Origin: Candidatus Sysuiplasma jiujiangense
Lineage (GTDB): Archaea; Thermoplasmatota; Thermoplasmata; Sysuiplasmatales; Sysuiplasmataceae
Assembly: GCA_019721075.1 (NCBI GenBank)
Contig: JAHEAD010000001.1
Location: 310,001 to 332,448 of the forward strand
Length of the DNA stretch: 22,448 bases
Direction of reading: 5' to 3'
Positions 1-6,371 of this stretch are shown here, in pieces. The translations under genes were made by a program, and so were the position numbers. Numbering within the stretch: position 1 is the stretch's first letter; the number at the start of each line of letters is the position of its first letter. The notes below the pieces were generated by a model. It did not search any database. It saw only the letters and a list, made by a program, of their open reading frames with translations, and was not told where the DNA came from.

Positions 1-787
1 CAGCATTTCTGCAGTTAGCGCAAATACTCTTCGTATCCCATCTCATCAGAGATTTTTCTGCCAAATCAACGTATGCCCATGCATCTTTCAGCGTTCTTTC
101 TCCCTTTGGAATCTCCACCACGAAGAATTCCCCGAGACCCAACACAGGAGCAATATCATTTATCCAGTCAGATGAAGCAATCTTGGCCTCGAATTTTGTC
201 TCAAAATGCTCAACGCTAAGATAGCCAGCACCTTGTGTGTTTTGAGACGTATTGGACGAAAGTAGAACCAGATTGCCGCGAGGCTGCAGATATCTATCAT
301 TTAGGTACGCGTAGAGCAAAAGACTGATGTTGTTTACGTCTGTGCCAAATGTTTTCGACACCTGGCTCTTGAACTGTTCGGATAGAGGCACGCTATCAAA
401 AGGAAATTCAACAACGTACGACATTTGAGTTTTATTCAAAACATAATCAACCAAGACTTTAATATCAATCTTTACGTCGCCTTTTCTGTCGAGTCTCCTA
501 CTTTCCTCGATGAAACTTAGCGATTGTCGGTCGAAAATAGCAACGGCGGAAATAACTTGCTCAACCTCTTCGAATTGTTCACCTATGTACCTTATCGCCT
601 GAAGGGATGCGCCGCTGAATGAGACCTCGGGCATGAGCATCGCGATTGTTTTGTCTTGAATTGTAATCGACCCGCTCAGACTCAGAAGCGCTTCTTGGCT
701 TCTGCGGTACCTCACACCAAAAGTGAAGCGTAATGCGGGTTTGAAATAATCGGTAGCCGCCAGTACGGATATGTGTTTTACATTCAT
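1..787 (-). CDS. Cargo protein (3'-partial, >=262 aa), beta-rich N-terminus plus start of a HEPN-like helical domain; distant paralog of 1381..2364
   Basis: Not in the ORF track because it runs off the edge. Manual translation from ATG 787 is open to base 1 (MNVKHISVLAATDYFKPALRF...FDRQSLSFIEESRR...SSDWINDIAPVLGLGEFFVVEIPKG...LKDAWAYVDLAEKSL...ICANCRNA). GGAG about 8 nt upstream. Confidence 0.8.
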   Translation of the reverse strand, partial: MNVKHISVLAATDYFKPALRFTFGVRYRRSQEALLSLSGSITIQDKTIAMLMPEVSFSGASLQAIRYIGEQFEEVEQVISAVAIFDRQSLSFIEESRRLDRKGDVKIDIKVLVDYVLNKTQMSYVVEFPFDSVPLSEQFKSQVSKTFGTDVNNISLLLYAYLNDRYLQPRGNLVLLSSNTSQNTQGAGYLSVEHFETKFEAKIASSDWINDIAPVLGLGEFFVVEIPKGERTLKDAWAYVDLAEKSLMRWDTKSICANCRNA

Positions 788-830
788 CTTAGCACTCCCA
801 TAACTCTCTTCCACAATCGGCTTCCATCCA

Positions 831-881
831 TCACTCCTCCAGCACCTCCTCAATCTTCTTCAGTAGCTCTGCCACCTTCTT
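831..881 (-). repeat. Direct repeat copy 3 of the repressor 3' end (KKVAELLKKIEEVLEE*)
   Basis: 46/51 nt identical to 2421..2471 by manual alignment. Confidence 0.95.
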
Positions 882-920
882 CTTGGCATTGATTAACTCG
901 ACGTTGTGTTGCTTGTTCAT
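831..920 (-). CDS. Mini-ORF, 29 aa (MNKQHNVELINAKKKVAELLKKIEEVLEE), ending in the repressor C-terminal repeat
   Basis: ATG 13 nt after the stop of 934..1221, GAGGA upstream, open through the repeat in the repressor's frame. Confidence 0.45.
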   Translation of the reverse strand: MNKQHNVELINAKKKVAELLKKIEEVLEE

Positions 921-933
921 GGCGTTGCCATCC

Positions 934-1221
934 TCATTGTTTTTTACGCTCTTTCCGTTTCTTAAGGATGTCACATAGTGTTGAATCCACACTTCTTGCG
1001 ATTAAAGCTGAGCCCCAGAGCATAAGAAATGCAGAGGCAACCACTACCGTCATCGCCGATAATGCTGCAACACAGTATGAGTTGAAGTGTGAGTTCTTGA
1101 CAAAGCCTATTGCGCTGTTGGCAAAATAATTGAAACTGAAGACGACTCCCGCGACTACAAGCCCTACGCCAAAGGAGTACTTGATTTTCGGAAGTCCACC
1201 GTTTTCGTCTTTACTCGTCAC
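934..1221 (-). CDS. Small membrane protein with two predicted TM helices and a basic C-tail (cargo)
   Basis: Hydrophobic stretches FGVGLVVAGVVFSFNYF and CVAALSAMTVVVASAFLMLWGSALIA; GTG start overlaps the repeat TGA (GTGA) and follows GGAGG SD-like sequence. Confidence 0.7.
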   Translation of the reverse strand: MTSKDENGGLPKIKYSFGVGLVVAGVVFSFNYFANSAIGFVKNSHFNSYCVAALSAMTVVVASAFLMLWGSALIARSVDSTLCDILKKRKERKKQ

Positions 1222-1267
1222 CCCTCCAGCACCTCCTCAATCTTGCTCAGCAGTTCCGCAACCTTCT
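1215..1267 (-). repeat. Direct repeat copy 2 of the repressor 3' end (QKVAELLSKIEEVLEG*)
   Basis: 1215..1244 is identical over 30 nt to 2418..2447; upstream codons for V, A, E, L are synonymous variants. Confidence 0.95.
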
Positions 1268-1370
1268 GCACATACAGCGTTACGATTACAGAGTCAGTTA
1301 ACGTAATCTTCTGGAACCTGCAGGTGTTCTTTGTAGCACGGTTGAATGCAAGGCCGAGTTGCCAATTCAT
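1218..1370 (-). CDS. Mini-ORF, 50 aa (64 aa from alternative ATG 1412), ending in the repressor C-terminal repeat
   Basis: ORF track 1218..1412; internal ATG at 1370 lies 10 nt after the stop of 1381..2364. Confidence 0.4.
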   Translation of the reverse strand: MNWQLGLAFNRATKNTCRFQKITLTDSVIVTLYVQKVAELLSKIEEVLEG

Positions 1371-1380
1371 AGTTTTACTC

Positions 1381-2364
1381 CTATCTGGTCTTCCCTTCCT
1401 TTGTGGCTTCATCGTTGATTACAACCTGTGAAAGAATCTTAGATAGATACTCCATCAGGGAGACCGTCATTCTGAAACCGAGCAATGCGTCCTGATATGT
1501 CGACAAATAAATTTCTCTATGGGCACCTATCTGTAGGAATTGATCAACCTTCTTCTGAAGATTCCCAATGCTCTCGATCAGATTCTTCTGTGCGCCTACG
1601 ATCTCGAAAATCCGCTCATCCTTTGAGGGTCTACCCTTCTCTGAATCCGACTTCTCGTTGATTGCTTTCTTTAGTTCATTCAGTTTGTTATTTAGATAGG
1701 GGTCAAACCTATCCCAGGAGGCTCTGAGGTCGGTAAGTATGTCTGAGGCGTCTGATTGCGGCCCGAGCAATAGTTTTTCATTGGCACTCTGAACCTTCTC
1801 AAAAACAGTGCTAAATCCTTCTAACTTAGGTCTCTCAATTTCCACAATCCATTTTTCTCCATAGCCAATATCAGCCAGAAATTTTGTCCATTTAGTTTGC
1901 GAAAATGACCACAAACCACCGAGTTGCAACGTTCCTGATGGATTTGGAGAGCCTGATCCTTGCCTTGTGTTGTCTGCACGAACTTCCTCATAGAAGCCCG
2001 TCAATTGTAGGTAGATGTCTATATCATCTGTCCTCTTTGACTCAATAAAATTAATAGCCTCCTGATTCAAGTAAAGATAGTAGCGCACTTGAGCTGACAT
2101 TGTTGGTGTAATTTCTTGAAAACACAAAGATGAACTGCTTATAGTTACGCCACCAAAGCTGATTTCTAGGATGGAAGGTTTGATCCTATATGTGGTTCTT
2201 ATTTGCATATTTGGTTGTTGTTGGAAAGTTCCATAATCGACCGAAATATTCAATTCCAACTCGACAACACAAAATGGAAGTCGGCTCCTAACTATCAGTT
2301 TTGGGTCGCCCTGTATCAATATCTTTCCATTATTTCCCACACCCTGCTCTGAATGAAATGGCAT
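1381..2364 (-). CDS. 327-aa cargo protein: beta-rich N-terminal domain plus C-terminal helical HEPN-like domain (possible defence effector)
   Basis: Long ORF with GGAGG SD. The C-terminal pattern (VQSANEKL...ILTDLRASWD...GAH...DALLGF) resembles HEPN/DUF4145-type helices but lacks the canonical Arg of RxxxxH. Function is inferred. Confidence 0.8.
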   Translation of the reverse strand: MPFHSEQGVGNNGKILIQGDPKLIVRSRLPFCVVELELNISVDYGTFQQQPNMQIRTTYRIKPSILEISFGGVTISSSSLCFQEITPTMSAQVRYYLYLNQEAINFIESKRTDDIDIYLQLTGFYEEVRADNTRQGSGSPNPSGTLQLGGLWSFSQTKWTKFLADIGYGEKWIVEIERPKLEGFSTVFEKVQSANEKLLLGPQSDASDILTDLRASWDRFDPYLNNKLNELKKAINEKSDSEKGRPSKDERIFEIVGAQKNLIESIGNLQKKVDQFLQIGAHREIYLSTYQDALLGFRMTVSLMEYLSKILSQVVINDEATKEGKTR

Positions 2365-2420
2365 TTATTGTATGCCTCCACGTCTTGTCTGCTTAATGTC
2401 ACTGATGTAGTTATCTTTCG

Positions 2421-2708
2421 TCACCCCTCCAGCACCTCCTCAATCTTCTTCAGGAGCTCAGCGACCCTCTTGCCCTTGGGGGTGAGCGAAATCATGTTGC
2501 GGGCAGGATAGGAGGAATTGTCGATGCGTTGGGTTATCAAACCAAGTTCCTTTAATTCTGAGATTGAACGTACTAGCTGATTGTTTGGAATGTCATAATC
2601 ACCCAATATCTTTGTGAAATATGACTCCCCTTCAAGAAGATGATAAAGTAGTCTCAAAATTCCCGACTGCCGTTCGAGTTTCTTCAAACCTGACGCCCCG
2701 GCTTTCAT
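2421..2708 (-). CDS. Winged helix-turn-helix regulator (HxlR/MarR-like), probable element repressor
   Basis: ILRLLYHL...LVRSISELKELGLI...ISLTPKGKRVAELL matches the wHTH pattern (L.ELGLI...LT.KG); divergent from the viral operon. Confidence 0.85.
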   Translation of the reverse strand: MKAGASGLKKLERQSGILRLLYHLLEGESYFTKILGDYDIPNNQLVRSISELKELGLITQRIDNSSYPARNMISLTPKGKRVAELLKKIEEVLEG

Positions 2709-2725
2709 CAGACCAACATCGGGTA

Positions 2726-2802
2726 GCTATCGGATAAGTTATAAGATTGTAATCGCTATTCGATACTGATATATACTTCGTCTATTATTATCTGATAGCG
2801 AT
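2726..2802. promoter_or_regulatory. Divergent promoter region with two TATA-like boxes and three TATC-N-GATA palindromic operator candidates
   Basis: TATCgGATA 2728-2736, TATtcGATA 2757-2765, TATCtGATA 2789-2797. 2752-2765 and 2789-2802 form a 12/14 inverted repeat. TTATAA at 2739-2744 (for the minus gene) and ATATATA at 2769-2775 (for the plus gene). Confidence 0.6.
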
Positions 2803-2807
2803 GGAAT

Positions 2808-3002
2808 ATGAACCCTTCTGAGAGTATGTATGTCAGGATAGGTGCCTCAATACGAAGAGACCAAAAAGAATGGCTTGACGAGCACGCTGAGTATAGCATT
2901 TCCGGCATACTTCAGAAGGGAATAGACGAATTGATGGATGTTGAGAGGCTGCTTAAGGAAGGCAGAATCGTCCCAAAAGAAGAGCAGGAGGCCTCCCAAT
3001 GA
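2808..3002 (+). CDS. Ribbon-helix-helix (CopG/Arc-like) DNA-binding protein
   Basis: Beta strand YVRIGASI followed by helices RRDQKEWLDEH and SISGILQKGIDELM; first gene of the rightward operon. Confidence 0.7.
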   Translation: MNPSESMYVRIGASIRRDQKEWLDEHAEYSISGILQKGIDELMDVERLLKEGRIVPKEEQEASQ

Positions 3003-3556
3003 CCGACCCCGGGCACTATCTGTGCTGCCTCTGCGGCGACAGGATAGAAACCCTTGAATCTCCCTTTGTTTTCACTTCGGAACGGCTGGGTAACGTGGAT
3101 GCAGGCAGCGACGGAGTGCTGTGGCTGCCTGGCGCGAAGGCCCACAAGCTCTGCCACCAGAGGCTGGTTGAGAACGGGAACCGTTACCCTTCGAGTATCA
3201 ATCGGCGCGTAAACATCCCTTTCCGTGTGAATATGTTAAGGGCGCTCTTTGAAGGGAGGAAGACCGCAACATCGAGGACAAAACGCTATGGTGTTCCCGG
3301 GGACACTTTTTCTGTTTCGGGACAGCTTTTCCGGATTCTCAAGGTCAGGACAGAGAAGCTCTCCATTGTCGCAAGGGAATATTGGGCAAAGGAGGGATGC
3401 GCGTCACCATCCGAATTCATCGCAACATGGGAGTGGATACATCCGCGCAAAGGATGGGATCCTGAGCAGTTCGTTTTCGTGCACGAGTTCGAGATGGTGA
3501 AAACTGACCGTGGCATCTGCCTGACTGACCAGAGAACTGTGGAGGTGGAGGCATGA
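2999..3556 (+). CDS. ASCH-domain protein with N-terminal CxxC...HxxC zinc finger
   Basis: ASCH signature IPF...LFEGRKTATSR...PGD...AKEG...EF...W...VFVHEF; N-terminal CCLC...HKLC; ATGA overlaps. Confidence 0.8.
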   Translation: MTDPGHYLCCLCGDRIETLESPFVFTSERLGNVDAGSDGVLWLPGAKAHKLCHQRLVENGNRYPSSINRRVNIPFRVNMLRALFEGRKTATSRTKRYGVPGDTFSVSGQLFRILKVRTEKLSIVAREYWAKEGCASPSEFIATWEWIHPRKGWDPEQFVFVHEFEMVKTDRGICLTDQRTVEVEA

Positions 3557-3771
3557 CCGATTTTGTGTGCCCTCGCTGCAGGTCGCCCGCTGAGATAAAG
3601 GACTACTTCTCCCTCGGCGGAGGAGAGAGCACCTACGTCATCGAGTGCACTTCCGATTCCTGCGCAGTATCCAGACCCATGAGGATAAGTTTGTCCGGTA
3701 ACCGTTCTGCCGCGCGTGCTGCTACACTGGCTGAAATTTTTCTTCATCTCAAGGAGGGCGTAATGATATGA
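3553..3771 (+). CDS. Zinc-ribbon protein (Lar/restriction-alleviation-like pattern)
   Basis: CPRC...YVIECTSDSC; GGAGG SD; ATGA overlap with previous gene. Confidence 0.65.
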   Translation: MTDFVCPRCRSPAEIKDYFSLGGGESTYVIECTSDSCAVSRPMRISLSGNRSAARAATLAEIFLHLKEGVMI

Positions 3772-3998
3772 ATCCGGAAACTGCCACTGTCACGCTGCAA
3801 CCACAGAATCCTGGTAATCTGAGGACTTTCATCGCAATTTCCGAGGTGAAGAAAGACATGGAAACTCTCGCAACTCTGCTGGTTACTCCGAAGAGGCACT
3901 GGTCGCTCGAGGAGATTGCCGAGTGCCTGCAGAGCGATGCAAAGAGGCTGAGCGACCTCGAGAACAAGTTCAATTTTGAGAAGGAGGTGTTCGAGTAA
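3768..3998 (+). CDS. Hypothetical viral protein
   Basis: Overlapping start/stop with neighbours, SD-like GGAGG. Confidence 0.65.
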   Translation: MNPETATVTLQPQNPGNLRTFIAISEVKKDMETLATLLVTPKRHWSLEEIAECLQSDAKRLSDLENKFNFEKEVFE

Positions 3999-4228
3999 TG
4001 TGTAAATCCTGCAGCAGGCAGTGCGGGTGCCCTTGCGAACCCGAGGATATCATCCTTTCCGCGATAGGATTCCCATTCTGCATGCGATGCGAGCACCCCC
4101 TGGCTCTTCATGATTACAAGACATCCGGTGAGCATCCCATCCCCGAGCACCGGATGAAGGCTGCGGCTGTTCCGGCCTCAGAACCGATTCCCGGAATGCC
4201 GCAACCGGTTTACATGGAGATGAGGTGA
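3998..4228 (+). CDS. Cys-rich putative zinc-binding protein
   Basis: CKSC..CGCPC...CMRCEH...H; GGAGGTG SD; TAATG overlap. Confidence 0.65.
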   Translation: MCKSCSRQCGCPCEPEDIILSAIGFPFCMRCEHPLALHDYKTSGEHPIPEHRMKAAAVPASEPIPGMPQPVYMEMR

Positions 4229-4588
4229 ATGGAACAGTTGGAAAAAGAGTATGTGATGGAAGCAAAGCAGAAGTGGAAGGAACTCACTGAAATGATGTCG
4301 TTCGAGCCTGAGGAAGTCAAACTCGCGACATTTCAGGGCCTTCTCAGACCCTTCGTTTACTGGTCGGAGAGCAGGCAGGGGAAGAAGCCCCCTGCTGCCG
4401 AGTTTTCCCCATGGTATGTGAAATACCATGAACTGAAACCGTCGAACGACAGGAGATATCTGTCAATCGAGACGAAGATTCCCGAAGACAGGTTCCGCGA
4501 AGTGCTCAAGGATGCCAAGATGCACGGCTATGCCTATGACCCCGACGGAAGGGGATTCCTGAAGGTTGGGGAGGGGGCGACAGCATGA
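4229..4588 (+). CDS. Hypothetical viral protein
   Basis: GAGGTG SD, abuts the previous stop, ATGA overlap with the next gene. Confidence 0.7.
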   Translation: MEQLEKEYVMEAKQKWKELTEMMSFEPEEVKLATFQGLLRPFVYWSESRQGKKPPAAEFSPWYVKYHELKPSNDRRYLSIETKIPEDRFREVLKDAKMHGYAYDPDGRGFLKVGEGATA

Positions 4589-4719
4589 ACACAGTCCAAA
4601 AGCAGCCCGAGAAGGTGGCAGTGTGTGTCTCCTGCCTCGGTGACATACTCAAGGGTGAGGCTCTCGTCCGCGATAGAAAGGGAAACCCGTTACACGCATG
4701 GTGCAAGGGAGAGGATTGA
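4585..4719 (+). CDS. 44-aa CxxC...HxxC zinc-finger protein (MNTVQKQPEKVAVCVSCLGDILKGEALVRDRKGNPLHAWCKGED)
   Basis: Below ORF-track cutoff; exactly fills the gap (ATGA overlap upstream, stop abutting ATG 4720); GGAGG SD. Confidence 0.7.
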   Translation: MNTVQKQPEKVAVCVSCLGDILKGEALVRDRKGNPLHAWCKGED

Positions 4720-4986
4720 ATGGACATATTGAGGGGATGGATAGGCAGCGAAGTCTGCGCAACACGGCTCAGCGATAAGAAGGATGTGTGCGGAGTGCTC
4801 GAAGCAGTGGATGAGGATGGGATAATCATCCATGTGCAGGCATTCGAGCGGGAGGAGTTCGTCCCGAAGCACAACCTCAAGTGTGTTGAAAGGCAGGTTC
4901 AGGGAGAAAGGGAGGCGGCAGTGTCAGAAGGGATTGGGATGCAGTCCAGGGCGACAGACAAACTAAGGGAGGCGCTTCTCGCTTGA
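4720..4986 (+). CDS. Sm/LSm-like fold protein
   Basis: LRGWIGSEVCA...VCGVLEAVDEDGIII...FVPKHNLKCVE fits Sm1/Sm2 spacing; GAGGA SD. Confidence 0.6.
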   Translation: MDILRGWIGSEVCATRLSDKKDVCGVLEAVDEDGIIIHVQAFEREEFVPKHNLKCVERQVQGEREAAVSEGIGMQSRATDKLREALLA

Positions 4987-5309
4987 GAATAGAGAGGGTG
5001 GGATTCAGGCGGTTGCGCAGCTTCGGCGAATACGAGAACATGGGAATTGAGGTTGAGGCTTCGGTCGCGGAGGGCGAGACACCCGAACAGGTGTTTGAGG
5101 AGCTGCAGAAGTGGGGCGCAGACAGGCTCGCAGAGGCGATTGAAATGCCGAAGGTGTCCGAACTCCAAAAGGAGAAGAGGGAACTCGAGGAAAGCGTCTC
5201 GAACCTCAGAAGAGAGTGCTGGAACAGGAGCCGTGAGCTTGAGGACATTGCGCTGAGAATACGCAACCTGAAGCAACTCAGACTTGAAGAGGAGAGTGAC
5301 GCGCAATGA
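4983..5309 (+). CDS. Hypothetical viral protein with C-terminal coiled coil
   Basis: TTG start overlapping the previous stop, GGAGG SD, heptad-like E/K/L-rich C-terminus. Confidence 0.7.
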   Translation: MRIERVGFRRLRSFGEYENMGIEVEASVAEGETPEQVFEELQKWGADRLAEAIEMPKVSELQKEKRELEESVSNLRRECWNRSRELEDIALRIRNLKQLRLEEESDAQ

Positions 5310-5428
5310 CATGGAAGTGCGAGATTTGCGGCGAGAAATTCGACGGGCATCTAATCAGACACACATTGGTGTGTTTAGTCCTGTCGACTGTCGAACTGAT
5401 CAGACTGAGGAGGGCGGTGGCGAAATGA
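5306..5428 (+). CDS. 40-aa C2H2/C2HC-type zinc-finger protein (MTWKCEICGEKFDGHLIRHTLVC...)
   Basis: Below ORF-track cutoff; ATGA overlaps at both ends; CxxCG.KF...HLIRH motif. Confidence 0.7.
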   Translation: MTWKCEICGEKFDGHLIRHTLVCLVLSTVELIRLRRAVAK

Positions 5429-5892
5429 AAGACTCGCTTACTCTCGATGAGTATCAGCTTCTCGCTTCGCGTACGGCCAACGGCATCGATAACCAGACTG
5501 ACCGAAGATTCAACGCGCTGCTCGGCCTGATTGGCGAAACCGGTGAATTTGTGGAGAATGCCTTCAGGCGGCCTGTGGTCACAGGCAGTTTCATGAGGCA
5601 ATATTCTGAGTTTGTGGATATAGTGGTTGAGTTCGGTCGCGAATCCGAACGAATCAAGCATGAACTCTTCCACAAACATCCGAAGGGGCACAAAATCGAG
5701 GAGCCGAAACTGACAATGGAGAACTGCAGGGAAGAGCTCGGCGATATTCTCTGGTATCTGACATGGCTCTGCTCAGAGTTTGGATTCAGCCTCGAAGAAG
5801 TAGCGCAGGCGAATATCGACAAACTCCGGGAACGCTACCCGGAAGGTTTCAGCGTCGAACGGAGCATCAACAGGAAGGAGGCAGGAAAATGA
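5425..5892 (+). CDS. MazG-like nucleoside triphosphate pyrophosphohydrolase
   Basis: EYQ..A.RTA, LGLIGETGEF, EELGDILWYL, NIDKLRERYPEGF motifs; likely start is ATG 5425 (ATGA overlap) rather than 5284. Confidence 0.85.
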   Translation: MKDSLTLDEYQLLASRTANGIDNQTDRRFNALLGLIGETGEFVENAFRRPVVTGSFMRQYSEFVDIVVEFGRESERIKHELFHKHPKGHKIEEPKLTMENCREELGDILWYLTWLCSEFGFSLEEVAQANIDKLRERYPEGFSVERSINRKEAGK

Positions 5893-6371
5893 CATTGGCA
5901 GGCAACGCACCATACTCTGACACGGAAGTTCCGGCAGACAAGTCGAAGTTCCAGATAGAGCAACTGTTGAAGAAGTACGGCGTGTCTGGGTCGCAGTGGA
6001 CAACCGACTGGGAAAACAACAGAGTCATGTTGCGTTTCGTGTTGACCAACAGGGAGGGGAGAAGGATCGGCATTCAGCTGGAACCCCCGATGTTCATGTC
6101 GAAGCACAGGACATGGGACAAGACAAGGGGCAGGCACGTTATTGAGGAATCGCCCAATTGGGCTCAGTCCATGAGGCTCTTCTACTACTACATCAAGAGC
6201 AAGCTCGAGGCAGTCTCCTGGGGACTGAGGGAAGTCGAGCAGGAGTTCCTCAACGACATCATTGTAAGGGACAGCGCAGGAAGAGAAACAACGGTGGGCA
6301 GACTTGTAAGCCGCAATGCGCTTGCGGATCAGAAGCTGGAGTATGAGAAACTTCGGGAGGCTCAGGAATGA
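5889..6371 (+). CDS. Phage-type hypothetical protein (160 aa)
   Basis: Start ATG 5889 overlaps the MazG stop, AGGAGG SD; N-terminal Y..T.V....S...I..LL.KYG pattern I associate with phage proteins. Confidence 0.7.
   Translation: MTLAGNAPYSDTEVPADKSKFQIEQLLKKYGVSGSQWTTDWENNRVMLRFVLTNREGRRIGIQLEPPMFMSKHRTWDKTRGRHVIEESPNWAQSMRLFYYYIKSKLEAVSWGLREVEQEFLNDIIVRDSAGRETTVGRLVSRNALADQKLEYEKLREAQE

Noticed and set aside
831..2471. The three direct repeats as a CRISPR array
   Set aside because: Spacing is about 390 and 1200 bp, the intervals contain genes, the repeats are protein-coding with synonymous variation, and no cas genes are in view.
831..2471. Repeats as DGR template/variable repeats or shufflon sites
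   Set aside because: No reverse transcriptase in view and mismatches follow codon wobble rather than being adenine-specific; all copies are direct, not inverted.
5284..5424. N-terminal extension of the MazG ORF given in the ORF track
   Set aside because: Better explained by a separate 40-aa Zn-finger gene (5306-5428) with ATGA overlaps; MazG motifs start after ATG 5425.
5763..5888. N-terminal extension of ORF 5763..6371
   Set aside because: Overlaps the MazG gene; ATG 5889 has an SD and an ATGA overlap.
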